Positions 9,252 through 18,859 of a DNA stretch of 35,087 bases are shown here, one piece after another (positions within the stretch are counted from its first letter, which is position 1; the number at the start of each line of letters is the position of its first letter). The notes under the pieces were generated by a model. That model saw nothing but the letters and a program-made list of their open reading frames with translations. It was not told where the DNA came from and did not search any database. The position numbers and the translations under genes are program-made. Location of the stretch: IMG/VR virus record IMGVR_UViG_3300045240_000070, positions 1 to 35,087 of that record; one strand, 5' to 3'. This DNA is from a virus (taxonomy: Duplodnaviria; Caudoviricetes).

Positions 9252-9689
9252 ATGACAGATCCTTTTGAAGAAGTGAGTCCTGCCGCGCCTATCAATCCGT
9301 GGCAGGAACTCAATATAAGATTTTCCCGTTCCATGCTGTGGGATATGCTGGGCCCTTATCAGATGATGAACAATTCTGCTCAGTACGGACAGAATCCGGC
9401 AAGCATGGATGTGCTGGAAGCAGAGGCCAAAGACATGATGGAACGAGAGTATTCCATGCTCCCTCTGGGCATGGATTTCGGACTTCTGTGTCTGATAGCC
9501 TCCGAAACCGCATCCTCCGTTCTTATGAAGAACGATGAGGACTTACAGCATCTTCCCCAGGAAGAGCTGATGAAATTCAGACAGCATAATATAAGACTCG
9601 GTACAACAATAGCCAAGTCCGTTGTATCTCACATGCTGCAAAAAGGATTAATAAAATACGGAGAACTTAATGAGTTTCTGGGCCAGTAA
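9252..9689 (+). CDS. Hypothetical protein
   Basis: GAAGG RBS; 145 aa. Confidence 0.75.
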   Translation: MTDPFEEVSPAAPINPWQELNIRFSRSMLWDMLGPYQMMNNSAQYGQNPASMDVLEAEAKDMMEREYSMLPLGMDFGLLCLIASETASSVLMKNDEDLQHLPQEELMKFRQHNIRLGTTIAKSVVSHMLQKGLIKYGELNEFLGQ

Positions 9690-10053
9690 AATAAACGGGG
9701 AACAGACGGCACCCCCAGTCATTCCTTCCAGGGATATGTTCGGGCTCAATATACCCCAGCAGATTGCACAGCCTTCCGGTATCCAGGAGTACAAACCTGA
9801 TGTGCGTCTTAAGCAGGGAAGCAACTGCCCGGACTGCGGCAGTGACAAGTACATGACTTTCGGTTCTTATGCGGTAGCCTGTGGTGAGTGCGGCTATCAT
9901 CCCCGCTTTGAACAGTCCGGCCATGGGGAAAGAACCTTTAAGACAAAACCGGGAGAAGCAACACCAGCACGTCAGCCAGGTAATCATCAGACTATGCAAG
10001 GCGCTATTGCCACCCTTCAATCAGGTGGCGGAGACCATATCAATAACCTGTAA
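9670..10053 (+). CDS. Zn-ribbon hypothetical protein
   Basis: CPDC ... CGEC; GGAG RBS. Confidence 0.75.
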   Translation: MSFWASKINGEQTAPPVIPSRDMFGLNIPQQIAQPSGIQEYKPDVRLKQGSNCPDCGSDKYMTFGSYAVACGECGYHPRFEQSGHGERTFKTKPGEATPARQPGNHQTMQGAIATLQSGGGDHINNL

Positions 10054-10081
10054 ATCTCTCATCCCAGCGGAGTAGTATAAC

Positions 10082-12010
10082 GTGACCAATACAATGAGCC
10101 CTTATCAGTCTTTTATAGCAATTTCCCGTTATGCCCGCTGGGATGACGAGAACAAGAGAAGAGAATCATGGGAGGAAAGTTCCGACAGATATCTGACTTT
10201 CCTTTCTGATCATCTTCAAGCCGATTATTCCTATGATCTTTCGGATGAGCTTCCATTCCTCAGAGACAAGTTCACAGGAATGGAAGCTCTCGGTTCCATG
10301 CGTGCTCTGATGACAGCAGGCCCAGCGCTTGACCGTTCCAATATTGCCGGGTATAACTGTGCATATCTTCCTATTGATGATGAAGTAGCGTTTGATGAAC
10401 TGCTTTACATACTTATGAACGGAACCGGGGTCGGCTTTTCTGTAGAAAAGAAATACGTGGATAAGTTACCCGTAGTCGGGCGTGAGACAGATCTTCGTAC
10501 CATTGATTTTCATGTGGTTGTAGAAGACTCCAAGGAAGGATGGGCAAAGGCCCTGAGAGCCGTTGTAAAGACCTTGTACGTTGGCCTGGTGCCCACGTGG
10601 GATGTCAGTGCTGTTCGGCCCGCAGGCAGCCGTCTGAAGACGTTTGGGGGCCGTTCCAGCGGACCCGAGCCCCTGGTGGAACTGTTTGAGTTCACCTCCA
10701 GGATCTTCCTGAATGCTATAGGCCGCAAGTTGACTACCCTTGAGGTATTTGATATTGTCTGCAAGATTGCGTCTGTCGTAGTTGTGGGTGGTGTCCGTCG
10801 CTCCGCTCTCATTGCCCTGACAGATTTGGATGACAAGTCTCTGGCCACTGCCAAGTCAGGAGACTGGTATGTTGATCATGGTTACCGTGGACTGGCCAAT
10901 GTTTCTGCTGTGTACAATGAGCGTCCAACTCAGTCTGTATTCATGCAGGAGTGGAAGACTATTTATGATTCAAAGTCAGGCGAGAGAGGTATTTTCAACA
11001 GAGAAGCCTCTCAGAAGCAGGCTGCCAAATACGGAAGACGCTTAGCGGATATCCAGTATGGTACCAATCCGTGTTCCGAAATTATTCTGCGTCCTTATCA
11101 GTTCTGTAATCTGTCCACTGTTGTAGTAAAACCCGAAGACAGTCTTATCGATCTGGTGGAAAAAATCAGGGCGGCAACTATCTTCGGAACTATTCAGTCA
11201 ACTCTTACTGATTTTAATTACCTTCGCCCCATCTGGCGAGAAAATACAGAAGAGGAAAGACTTCTGGGTGTCTCCATGACAGGACAAATGGGGCACCCTG
11301 TACTGAATGGTTCGGAAGGCTCAGAAGTTATGAACGCGTGGCTTGACCAGCTTCGTAACTACGCTGTATATATCAACCAGGCATGGGCAAAGGCGCTTGA
11401 TATCTCTCCTTCTGCTGCGGTAACCTGTGTGAAACCGGAGGGTACTACATCTCAGTTGACCAATGCGGCTTCCGGTATGCACCCCTGGCATTCTGAATAC
11501 TATGTCCGCAGAGTTCGCGGAGACAAGAAAGATCCTCTGACTCGTCTGATGATCGATGCAGGAGTTCCATGGGAAGACGATGTGATGAATGCCTCTGCTG
11601 TAGTATTCTCCTTCCCGATAAAGGCTCCTGATAGTGCCATTACCCGTAAAGATCTTACTGCTGTAAAGCATCTGGATCTGTGGTTGTCCTATCAACGGCA
11701 CTTTACAGAGCACAAGCCGTCTGTTACTGTTACTGTGCAGGAAGACGAATGGCTGGAGACAGCAGCCTGGGTATGGAATAACTTTGATGAGCTTTCCGGG
11801 GTTGCTTTCCTCCCCTATTCTGATCATGTTTACCGGCAGGCACCCTATGAGGACTTGACAAAGGAACAATATGCTGAGATGGTAGAGGCCATGCCGAAGG
11901 AGATCCCATGGGATGAACTCAGTTGGTATGAGCTGTACGACCAGACAGTTGGCTCACAGACTTTGGCCTGTACAGCAGACGGAGGATGTGAGACAGTAGA
12001 TCTTGTCTAG
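10082..12010 (+). CDS. nrdJ: Class II (adenosylcobalamin-dependent) ribonucleotide reductase
   Basis: YNCAY, GGVRRSA, TNPCSEI, VKPEGT, C-terminal LACTADGGCE redox pair; no nrdB-type subunit nearby. Confidence 0.93.
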   Translation: MTNTMSPYQSFIAISRYARWDDENKRRESWEESSDRYLTFLSDHLQADYSYDLSDELPFLRDKFTGMEALGSMRALMTAGPALDRSNIAGYNCAYLPIDDEVAFDELLYILMNGTGVGFSVEKKYVDKLPVVGRETDLRTIDFHVVVEDSKEGWAKALRAVVKTLYVGLVPTWDVSAVRPAGSRLKTFGGRSSGPEPLVELFEFTSRIFLNAIGRKLTTLEVFDIVCKIASVVVVGGVRRSALIALTDLDDKSLATAKSGDWYVDHGYRGLANVSAVYNERPTQSVFMQEWKTIYDSKSGERGIFNREASQKQAAKYGRRLADIQYGTNPCSEIILRPYQFCNLSTVVVKPEDSLIDLVEKIRAATIFGTIQSTLTDFNYLRPIWRENTEEERLLGVSMTGQMGHPVLNGSEGSEVMNAWLDQLRNYAVYINQAWAKALDISPSAAVTCVKPEGTTSQLTNAASGMHPWHSEYYVRRVRGDKKDPLTRLMIDAGVPWEDDVMNASAVVFSFPIKAPDSAITRKDLTAVKHLDLWLSYQRHFTEHKPSVTVTVQEDEWLETAAWVWNNFDELSGVAFLPYSDHVYRQAPYEDLTKEQYAEMVEAMPKEIPWDELSWYELYDQTVGSQTLACTADGGCETVDLV

Positions 12011-12019
12011 GAGGATGGT

Positions 12020-12223
12020 ATGCAGAAAAAGGAAATTGTAGTAAAAGCCAGGACTCTGCGGATAACCGGCAAATTTCGTGAACCTTACTGCATGGAACTG
12101 CTTGACACCAGCACACTTATAGTTTCCCTCATGGTAATAAAGGACTGTTCTTATGAACAGCACACCAAGAACAACCTGGATAAGCTTATCCGGATGCTCC
12201 TTAATGCGGAGCTGGATCACTGA
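12020..12223 (+). CDS. Hypothetical protein
   Basis: AGGAGG RBS. Confidence 0.6.
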   Translation: MQKKEIVVKARTLRITGKFREPYCMELLDTSTLIVSLMVIKDCSYEQHTKNNLDKLIRMLLNAELDH

Positions 12224-12269
12224 TTGACGTTGACGTACAGGACTGGTAGAGTTGTCTTCTACCAGTCCT
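12224..12269 (+). promoter_or_regulatory. Promoter with overlapping hairpin upstream of recA
   Basis: TTGACG-N17-TAGAGT (12224-12252); 12-bp IR AGGACTGGTAGA/TCTACCAGTCCT. Confidence 0.75.
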
Positions 12270-12292
12270 TACGCTATTTATGGGAGATACTT

Positions 12293-13336
12293 TTGACTGA
12301 ATCCATTGATGTTTTCATGGCACGTATGAACAAGGAATTGGAAAAGGAAGGTAAGCCCCTTCTTACCATGGCATCGGGGTTAGGGGTACCGAAGAAATTC
12401 ACCACAGGATTACTGTCCCTGGATGTAGTAACCGGAAGAGGATGGCCAGGTAATCAATGGGTGGAAGTTTATGGTAAGGAGAGTAATGGCAAGACTTCCA
12501 TTATCATGCACACCATTGCGGCCAATCAGAAAATCGATCCTAACTTTATGACGTTCTGGCTGGCTTCCGAGCACTATGATATGGAGTGGGCGGAGAAGAA
12601 CGGAATAGACAACAGCAGAGTTGTAGTGATGTCCACCAATAATATGGAACTTGCCTACCAGAGTATTCTTGACGCCGCTTTCTCTCATGAATTCGACTGC
12701 ATTGTACTGGACAGTTATCCAGCTCTTGCAGCATCGGAGGAAGAAAAGAAAGACATGGATCAGAACACCATGACTCTGGGTGCGAGACGCACCGGACAGT
12801 TCTTCCGCAAGGTGGGTGGAACTTTCAGTGCGGAACGTCCTTATATCGGATTTTTTGTCAATCAATTACGGGACGCGGTAGGTTCGTTTTCTCCTTATGG
12901 AACACCTACCACAACTCCCGGAGGCAAGGCAAAGAACTATGCCTTTTACCAGAGAGTACTTGTTTCCCGGGATGACTGGATTGAAGAGAAGATAGACGGA
13001 CAGGGAAAGGTAAAGGTAGGGCAGACCAATAAGTACCTGATGGAAAAGAACAAGGCATCTGCACCAAAGGCCGTGGCTATGGGGGACTTCTATTTCCTGG
13101 ATTCCGATAAAGGATTCCATGCCGGGGAGTTCGATACGGTAAAAGACATCATCACCATGGCTGTACTGTTCAAGATCGTACGCAGAGGTGGCGCCTGGTT
13201 CAATTACACAACCGATGATGACGAAGAGCTGAAATGGCAGGGAAGAGATCCCATGGTTGAAGCTATTCGTAGTAATCTAGATCTTAAAGAAGAAATCTTC
13301 CGTAAGACTTTAGAGATTGCTACAACAAAGGGATAA
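12293..13336 (+). CDS. recA: RecA/UvsX-like recombinase
   Basis: EVYGKESNGKTS Walker A, IVLDS Walker B, FVNQLR, TTPGGKA, GAWF; GGGAGA RBS before TTG 12293. Confidence 0.95.
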   Translation: MTESIDVFMARMNKELEKEGKPLLTMASGLGVPKKFTTGLLSLDVVTGRGWPGNQWVEVYGKESNGKTSIIMHTIAANQKIDPNFMTFWLASEHYDMEWAEKNGIDNSRVVVMSTNNMELAYQSILDAAFSHEFDCIVLDSYPALAASEEEKKDMDQNTMTLGARRTGQFFRKVGGTFSAERPYIGFFVNQLRDAVGSFSPYGTPTTTPGGKAKNYAFYQRVLVSRDDWIEEKIDGQGKVKVGQTNKYLMEKNKASAPKAVAMGDFYFLDSDKGFHAGEFDTVKDIITMAVLFKIVRRGGAWFNYTTDDDEELKWQGRDPMVEAIRSNLDLKEEIFRKTLEIATTKG

Positions 13337-13339
13337 CCT

Positions 13340-13723
13340 ATGTCCATAACAGGTGGAAAAGTAAGAACAGTCACAGGAAAATACATAAATTTCGTATCCG
13401 GTGCAGGAGAGACAGGTACAGTACAGTTTGTACCTTCTCTTCCTTCCCTGTCCGATGCGACTGACAGCCAGTTCCTGACAATATCTCCTTTCGAGGCAGT
13501 GCTTCCGGGTACTCTGGGAGGTTCCCCCAACAGCAGCGGTCCAGGTACTTTCAGCATCACTCTGCCCTGCACCGACAACACCGAGTTGCATCCTGGCGGG
13601 TTCACCTATACCATCATCGAAAGAGTTACGAACATGGCGAACCGTATCACTAAGGGGGTCTTGCTTCCTTACGGGGATGGCAGTACAGTGGACCTTACAG
13701 TGATACTTGAACCGTATATCTAA
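13340..13723 (+). CDS. Stand-alone domain resembling the N-terminus of actinophage minor tail proteins
   Basis: TVTGKY..GTVQFVP..GTFSITLPCTD..PGGFTYTIIE..TVDL pattern. Confidence 0.55.
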   Translation: MSITGGKVRTVTGKYINFVSGAGETGTVQFVPSLPSLSDATDSQFLTISPFEAVLPGTLGGSPNSSGPGTFSITLPCTDNTELHPGGFTYTIIERVTNMANRITKGVLLPYGDGSTVDLTVILEPYI

Positions 13724-13737
13724 AAGAGGAGATAGCA

Positions 13738-14364
13738 ATGGAGTTCCAGGCGTGGCCCAGCATTCCCCGTATGAGCAAGGAGCGGGCCACTGTAACAGAG
13801 AAGATCGACGGTTCCAATTCGGCTGTCCGTATCCGTCCTTTCGATATGCATGAGGACAGTTCACAGCAGGTTGACACAGTCTCTATCGATGGAGAGCAGT
13901 ACACTCTGTGGGCTCAGTCCCGTAAGCGACTTCTTCAGCCTGTGAAGGAGAAGGATAACTTCGGTTTTGCCCGTTGGGTGTACGACAACGCACCTGCTCT
14001 TGTCCGTGTGCTCGGTCCTGGTGACCATTTCGGAGAGTGGTGGGGTTCAGGTATCCAGCGGGGTTACGGGCTCAAGGAGAAGCGTTTCAGCCTTTTCAAT
14101 GCTCCCCGCTGGCAGGAGCTGATCAAGTCTGACGTTGCCACTACAGAAATTCCCAATCTGTACACTGTTCCTCTGCTTTACTCAGGCCCGTTCTATGACT
14201 TGAATGTTGTGGAGTTGCGGGAGATGCTGTACACTCAGGGTTCCAAGGCGGTTCCTGGTGGACGTGCAGCAGAAGGCATGGTAATCTACCTCCGAGAGCT
14301 GAACGCGAGTTACAAGGTGCTCTTGGAGAACGATGACATCCACAAGTGGCAAGTAGGTGAGTAA
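13738..14364 (+). CDS. Rnl2-family RNA ligase (nucleotidyltransferase domain)
   Basis: Motif I EKIDGSN, FGEWWG, FSLFN, EGMVI, YK. Confidence 0.88.
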   Translation: MEFQAWPSIPRMSKERATVTEKIDGSNSAVRIRPFDMHEDSSQQVDTVSIDGEQYTLWAQSRKRLLQPVKEKDNFGFARWVYDNAPALVRVLGPGDHFGEWWGSGIQRGYGLKEKRFSLFNAPRWQELIKSDVATTEIPNLYTVPLLYSGPFYDLNVVELREMLYTQGSKAVPGGRAAEGMVIYLRELNASYKVLLENDDIHKWQVGE

Positions 14365-14482
14365 GCAATACCGCATAGGTCAGCATCTGATCAAAGACAG
14401 GCGCTGGCTTCGTACAGTTGCAAACAGGTGGCGCAAGTACAATTGTTCTTGCGGACGGCATAATATGCGAGGAGACAAGTAA
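14357..14482 (+). CDS. 41-aa basic peptide (not in ORF track)
   Basis: GTG start overlapping the upstream stop region; ends directly before the next ATG; weak RBS. Confidence 0.4.
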   Translation: MSKQYRIGQHLIKDRRWLRTVANRWRKYNCSCGRHNMRGDK

Positions 14483-14752
14483 ATGCTTATTACGGTGGCA
14501 TGGATCGGTGGCGGCATTATTTACGTGATCGGCTTCTGCACGTCTATGAATGATGTGCTGGAGAATGGTCCTAGCCTTGAGGACTTCCGTAAGAAGTATG
14601 GTAAGGATCTTGGTGTTACCCTGTGTGGGTTCCATCACGGTTTCAAGGCCGTTGGTTGGCCTGCGTTTGGTGGTCTGATGTTCGGCTATGGTCTCATTCG
14701 TGACACCATTCGCCTGACGCTTGGCAAGACTCCGAAGAACAACGAGAAGTAA
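14483..14752 (+). CDS. Small membrane protein
   Basis: GAGGAG RBS; two hydrophobic segments. Confidence 0.7.
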   Translation: MLITVAWIGGGIIYVIGFCTSMNDVLENGPSLEDFRKKYGKDLGVTLCGFHHGFKAVGWPAFGGLMFGYGLIRDTIRLTLGKTPKNNEK

Positions 14753-14761
14753 GGTTTTAAC

Positions 14762-15091
14762 TTGGCTACCATAAAGGATAGCCAGAGGCAGGAACGCCGG
14801 TTAGCTAAGGAGCTAACCGGCTCTGTCAATTCTGGCTCAGGTAATGGCTGGCTCCGTAAAGGAGACGTAAGAACAGAGAATGAACTGTTCGAGCTGAAGA
14901 TAACTTCGGCGAAATCATATTCCCTTAAAGACAGTGAACTTGAAAAACTAACCAATCAGGCACTGCTAGATGGACGAATTCCAGTTTTCATGATAGAGTT
15001 CAAATCTACTGGTAATTCTTGGGTAATCCTTTCTAAGGATGATTACCTTTCGTTAAGGGAAGAAGTAAATATTGGTAATGAAACTGCGTAG
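14762..15091 (+). CDS. PD-(D/E)XK Holliday junction resolvase-like nuclease (Hjc type)
   Basis: QERRLA..GSG..KGDV..FELK. Confidence 0.8.
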   Translation: MATIKDSQRQERRLAKELTGSVNSGSGNGWLRKGDVRTENELFELKITSAKSYSLKDSELEKLTNQALLDGRIPVFMIEFKSTGNSWVILSKDDYLSLREEVNIGNETA

Positions 15092-15407
15092 CGTAGCTCC
15101 ACAATGGTTTCACGATGATCCCGACAGAACCGCTAAATGTGTATTGTTCCCTGCTACGGCGGAATATGATCCGTGGTATGAAGAATCAGATGACCCTGAT
15201 ACCTCAGACGATATGGCAGAGGCCAAGGCCATCTGCAATGGTACTTATGATGGCAGACCTTGCCCTCTCCTCCAGTCCTGTCTTGAGTTCGCATTGGTGA
15301 ACAATGAAAGATGGGGAGTATGGGGAGGAAAATCTCCGGAGGAGCGGGCAAAACTAAGAAAGGAAAAAAGAACTTGGCAATCAGCTCAGGATGGGGACCG
15401 AAGCTAA
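15078..15407 (+). CDS. whiB: WhiB-family transcription factor
   Basis: Four Cys (C...AKAIC..CPLLQSC) and GVWGG..EER motif. Confidence 0.92.
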   Translation: MKLRSVAPQWFHDDPDRTAKCVLFPATAEYDPWYEESDDPDTSDDMAEAKAICNGTYDGRPCPLLQSCLEFALVNNERWGVWGGKSPEERAKLRKEKRTWQSAQDGDRS

Positions 15408-16378
15408 CAGGAAATCTGGCCAACTATGCCAATGCTTCCAAGGGAACAATTCTCCTGGGAGATATACAGGCACATATGCTCAAGGAACATGCGAAGCCCT
15501 CTGCACGTCGTCAAGACGTTGTACACCCTTCTGAGACCGTGAAGGACACCTGGTGCCCCCGAGCCACCTACCACAGGATTTTGGCCTGTAGAGAGGCGTC
15601 TGACCCCTTTCTCAAGCCTGCTGAGAGCGTAGGTGTGCAGCTGCTGAACATCTTTGACGAAGGTCACTACATCCATGACAAGTGGCAGCGTCGCCTGTGG
15701 GATATGGGACTCCTTAAAGGACAATGGGAATGTATAAGCTGTGGAGGTAAGTTCAATGGTGTGTCTCCTGAGAAATGTCTGTCCTCTGCATGCGGAGCGG
15801 GCAAGTCATTTCTCAAATATGCCGAAGTAGGACTTCAAGCGCCTGAGTATCTTATATATGGACATGCCGATGGAGCTGTTCCCGCTCTGAACGCACTTAT
15901 AGAGATAAAATCGGTGGGCCCTGGTACGGTTAGAATAGAAGCACCTGATATATACACAAAGAATTCCAATGGGCAGATGACAGACCTTCAAGGTTTGTGG
16001 AAGGATATAAAAGAACCATTTCCTTCACATGTAAGGCAGGGACAGCTCTATCTTGCGTTGTGTTCTTTAATGGGTCTGCCCTATGATCAGATTATCTTCA
16101 TTTATGAAGCCAAGTTCAATCAGGGTGTCAAGGAATTTGCTGTTAAGTACGACCCTGAAGTGTCAAAGAGCGTTCTAAGGAATTGCTCCGATATTGTTGC
16201 CGCTCTGGAAGAGGTCCGTCCAGATCCGGAGTGCCCTACTGGAACTACATGTAAGGACTGTGAAAAGTATGGCCAGAAGAAGCCCAATTCAGAGCGGATG
16301 GTTAGAGAACACGACTCTGAAAGAAAAGCCATCAGAAGACCAACCAGTGCTTCCACCAGGATTGTCAGATCTTCCTGA
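15374..16378 (+). CDS. Solo Cas4-like PD-(D/E)XK exonuclease
   Basis: HPSE..WCPR, GHADG..IEIKS, QGQLY, C-terminal C..CKDC; extra CxxC insert. Confidence 0.85.
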   Translation: MAISSGWGPKLTGNLANYANASKGTILLGDIQAHMLKEHAKPSARRQDVVHPSETVKDTWCPRATYHRILACREASDPFLKPAESVGVQLLNIFDEGHYIHDKWQRRLWDMGLLKGQWECISCGGKFNGVSPEKCLSSACGAGKSFLKYAEVGLQAPEYLIYGHADGAVPALNALIEIKSVGPGTVRIEAPDIYTKNSNGQMTDLQGLWKDIKEPFPSHVRQGQLYLALCSLMGLPYDQIIFIYEAKFNQGVKEFAVKYDPEVSKSVLRNCSDIVAALEEVRPDPECPTGTTCKDCEKYGQKKPNSERMVREHDSERKAIRRPTSASTRIVRSS

Positions 16379-16736
16379 CGATCAGTTGATGGATCTGCTG
16401 GTCGAGTTCACCAACTGGACAGGATATGCGGGATATCAGGTTGCCCTGAACGAGATCGCGGAGCGTAAAGCGGAAAGACAGCTCCAACGCACTTTCGACC
16501 GGTTCAGTATTATCCACAAGAAAGAGAAGACCGTGTCCGCCACCAAGGCCATGGTCCAGCAGGAAGAGGAATACCTTGACGCGGAAGACGCTGTGGAGTA
16601 TGCTTATGCCCTGACGAAACTTTCAAAAAGCGAGTATAACCACCTGGAAGCTGCCGGAAAGGTAGTATCCAGGGAACTTTCACGAAGAATATCACGACGT
16701 GAAATAGACAACCGCTCAGATAAGTATTCAACCTGA
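16269..16736 (+). CDS. Helical/coiled-coil hypothetical protein (possibly UvsY-like)
   Basis: ATG 16269; long helical character; recombination-gene context. Confidence 0.6.
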   Translation: MARRSPIQSGWLENTTLKEKPSEDQPVLPPGLSDLPDDQLMDLLVEFTNWTGYAGYQVALNEIAERKAERQLQRTFDRFSIIHKKEKTVSATKAMVQQEEEYLDAEDAVEYAYALTKLSKSEYNHLEAAGKVVSRELSRRISRREIDNRSDKYST

Positions 16737-16744
16737 GGAGAAAA

Positions 16745-16924
16745 GTGGTAGCAGCAGTAAAGGGTAAGAAATACAGAAATGTGGAGATCAGAGATGAAGT
16801 TTATACAGTAGTAAAGATAGACCTGCATACACAGGAAGTATTCCTGAAACCGCAATCCAAGGGGCATGTGTTTCCTGTTGATCTTTCCACTTTCCAGCAC
16901 AAGTTTGTATTAGAGGAGCGCTAA
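16745..16924 (+). CDS. 59-aa hypothetical protein (not in ORF track)
   Basis: GAGGAG RBS, GTG start, MVAAVKGKKYRNVEIRDEVY...; fills the gap. Confidence 0.7.
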   Translation: MVAAVKGKKYRNVEIRDEVYTVVKIDLHTQEVFLKPQSKGHVFPVDLSTFQHKFVLEER

Positions 16925-16928
16925 TAAA

Positions 16929-17645
16929 TTGAAGCTTACAGTACTGGCTTCTACCCATTTTGAAGATCTGCCGGATTCTGTTATTGATACAGAGTTCGGC
17001 AGATTCCATAAGGGAGAGCCTTTTAATTCTTCAGAACGTGTAGCCCATTTTGCTGGGCGCTCCTGTTATCAGTCATGGCAGATGCCTAATATCAATACGG
17101 CAACCGACTACGGTTATATAGGAAATATTATTGCTCAGAGACATTTCTCTGTTCTTGAGCATGCCAGCGTAACCTTCTATGCTGAAGGTGTCAGCCGGAA
17201 TATGACTCATGAGTTGATCCGGCACCGATGCCTGAGCTACAGTGAACTGTCACAGCGTTTCGTAGATATGAGCAATGCTTATTTGGTAGTACCTCCTGCC
17301 GTACGTGATGCCTACAGGGAAGACGATCCTAATCTTCCGGTGAATGGTATGCAACCGCTGCTTGAAGAGGAGTCCGATGCCTACTCAGTTGTGGTTGACA
17401 ACCTTTCAGCCATGGGCAAGAGCCGTAAGGAAGCGCGCGAGGCTGCAAGATTTTACTTGCCAAGCGGTATGGAGACCCGTATAGTAGTCACAGGCAATCA
17501 CAGAGCATGGCGCGAGATGCTTCAGAAGCGCTACAGTGTTCACGCGGATGCCGAGATCAGAGAGTTTGCAGCATTGGTACTGACAGAGCTGCGTAGGATG
17601 GCTCCGGCTATCTATCAGGATTTTCCGGACCAGCCGTTTGACTAA
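16929..17645 (+). CDS. thyX: Flavin-dependent thymidylate synthase
   Basis: HFSVLEH, HELIRHRCLSYSELSQR (RHRx7S), REAAR, TGNHRAW. Confidence 0.96.
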   Translation: MKLTVLASTHFEDLPDSVIDTEFGRFHKGEPFNSSERVAHFAGRSCYQSWQMPNINTATDYGYIGNIIAQRHFSVLEHASVTFYAEGVSRNMTHELIRHRCLSYSELSQRFVDMSNAYLVVPPAVRDAYREDDPNLPVNGMQPLLEEESDAYSVVVDNLSAMGKSRKEAREAARFYLPSGMETRIVVTGNHRAWREMLQKRYSVHADAEIREFAALVLTELRRMAPAIYQDFPDQPFD

Positions 17646-17679
17646 TCTGGAGTAACGACTCGTAACTATTAGGAGAAAT

Positions 17680-18033
17680 ATGGAACCGCAGTTGAAGTTT
17701 GAAAACGCCTTTCTTGTTGACTGCTTTTCTCTCGACAAGTTCGTAGCCATTCACCTGGAAGGTTTCGGCATGTCATGGCGTTCCCTTGACACTGGGTGCG
17801 ATGGCTACCATAATGGCAGTATGGTATCGGCTTCAGTAACATTCGGCGTGGAGATCGAGGATGACGATTATCAGGATTTCGATCGCTGGCTGCTTGGTGC
17901 GGGCCCATTCTGCCTTGATCCTGAGGACGCCAGTTATTCGTATGAATCTCCTGGAATTCATCACATGTTGCAGTGGCTCTGTAATATGGGCAGGATTCCT
18001 CAAGGAACGTACGTAGTACACCTTTGGTGGTGA
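17680..18033 (+). CDS. Hypothetical protein
   Basis: AGGAG RBS. Confidence 0.75.
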   Translation: MEPQLKFENAFLVDCFSLDKFVAIHLEGFGMSWRSLDTGCDGYHNGSMVSASVTFGVEIEDDDYQDFDRWLLGAGPFCLDPEDASYSYESPGIHHMLQWLCNMGRIPQGTYVVHLWW

Positions 18034-18038
18034 TTCAA

Positions 18039-18173
18039 GTGGCGCCTTCAAGTGATTTCTGTACTTGTGGGCATCCCAGACACAGACATGGTTCCCGGGA
18101 TGGCGGCAACAAGAACATCAAAAGGTGCTTCCATCCCGGATGTCGCTGTCTGAGTTTCAAAGAAGCAAAATGA
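18039..18173 (+). CDS. 44-aa Cys/His Zn-finger-like peptide (not in ORF track)
   Basis: CTCGHPRHRH...CFHPGCRCLSF; GGTG RBS. Confidence 0.65.
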   Translation: MAPSSDFCTCGHPRHRHGSRDGGNKNIKRCFHPGCRCLSFKEAK

Positions 18174-18206
18174 AAGTATTCATACAAGGAAAGCGGGATA
18201 CATCCA

Positions 18207-18395
18207 ATGGAGCCGGTTAGCTGGATCAAGCACAAGTACTCCTGCCCCAAGCAGCGGGGACGTTACAACGGCAGCACCCGTAACGGTCCGCCCAAGAAGC
18301 GCAAGAAGACTCCTAACAAGATCAGGCCCACCCAGCGCCGTGTGAAGATTCTTACAGCTCAGGGCAAGGTTGCGTGGGACTGGCAAGCAGTGTAG
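18207..18395 (+). CDS. Small basic hypothetical protein
   Basis: 62 aa, K/R-rich. Confidence 0.55.
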   Translation: MEPVSWIKHKYSCPKQRGRYNGSTRNGPPKKRKKTPNKIRPTQRRVKILTAQGKVAWDWQAV

Positions 18396-18427
18396 AGTAG
18401 TCTTACACCAACCAACGAGGGGAAACA

Positions 18428-18601
18428 ATGGGGAAGCGTAAGAAGCACGATGATCCAATCAATATGTCTGCGGAGCAACTTGCCAAGGACGTAAAGTTGG
18501 TAGACGACGCGTACAAGAACAGCGAGCCGGGACTAAAGCCCACTGTAGTAGTTCCACTGGTAGAGCCGAAGCCCAAGGAAAAGAAGCACCGTAAGAAGTA
18601 A
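18428..18601 (+). CDS. 57-aa basic protein (not in ORF track)
   Basis: GAGGGG RBS; MGKRKKHDDP...KKHRKK. Confidence 0.7.
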   Translation: MGKRKKHDDPINMSAEQLAKDVKLVDDAYKNSEPGLKPTVVVPLVEPKPKEKKHRKK

Positions 18602-18607
18602 TCAGGT

Positions 18608-18640
18608 GAAAGGGACTATCGAAAGGTAGTCCCTTTCTTA
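18608..18640 (+). terminator. Intrinsic terminator
   Basis: GAAAGGGACTATC-GAAA-GGTAGTCCCTTTC followed by a T-rich tail. Confidence 0.8.
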
Positions 18641-18652
18641 TTTAGGAGAATA

Positions 18653-18859
18653 GTGGAACGCTTAACAGTTATGGTTGACCATAACCATGACGTATTCATT
18701 ACCTGGATTGAGGGCGCTGCCTCAGGAACTCTTACCCTAGATCCGGAACACGCTATTGAGATAGGCCGATGGGGCGAAATGGCCAAAATACGAGGCGAAA
18801 TGGACAAACTACGAAAGGCAGTTCAGGAAAATGACACATATAGTACTGACAGGATCTAG
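18653..18859 (+). CDS. Hypothetical protein
   Basis: AGGAG RBS, GTG start. Confidence 0.7.
   Translation: MERLTVMVDHNHDVFITWIEGAASGTLTLDPEHAIEIGRWGEMAKIRGEMDKLRKAVQENDTYSTDRI

Noticed and set aside
12224-12292. ORF-track N-terminal extensions of RecA (from 12224) and NlpC/P60 (from 23276)
   Set aside because: Both begin at the TTG of a -35 box and run through promoter and hairpin DNA; downstream starts fit better
7127-13336. Inteins or introns in polA, nrdJ or recA
   Set aside because: Protein lengths are normal, motifs are contiguous, and no intein splice-junction motifs were seen
15374-16378. Cas4-like gene as sign of a CRISPR system
   Set aside because: No repeat-spacer array or other cas genes seen; solo Cas4-like nucleases are common in phage replication modules
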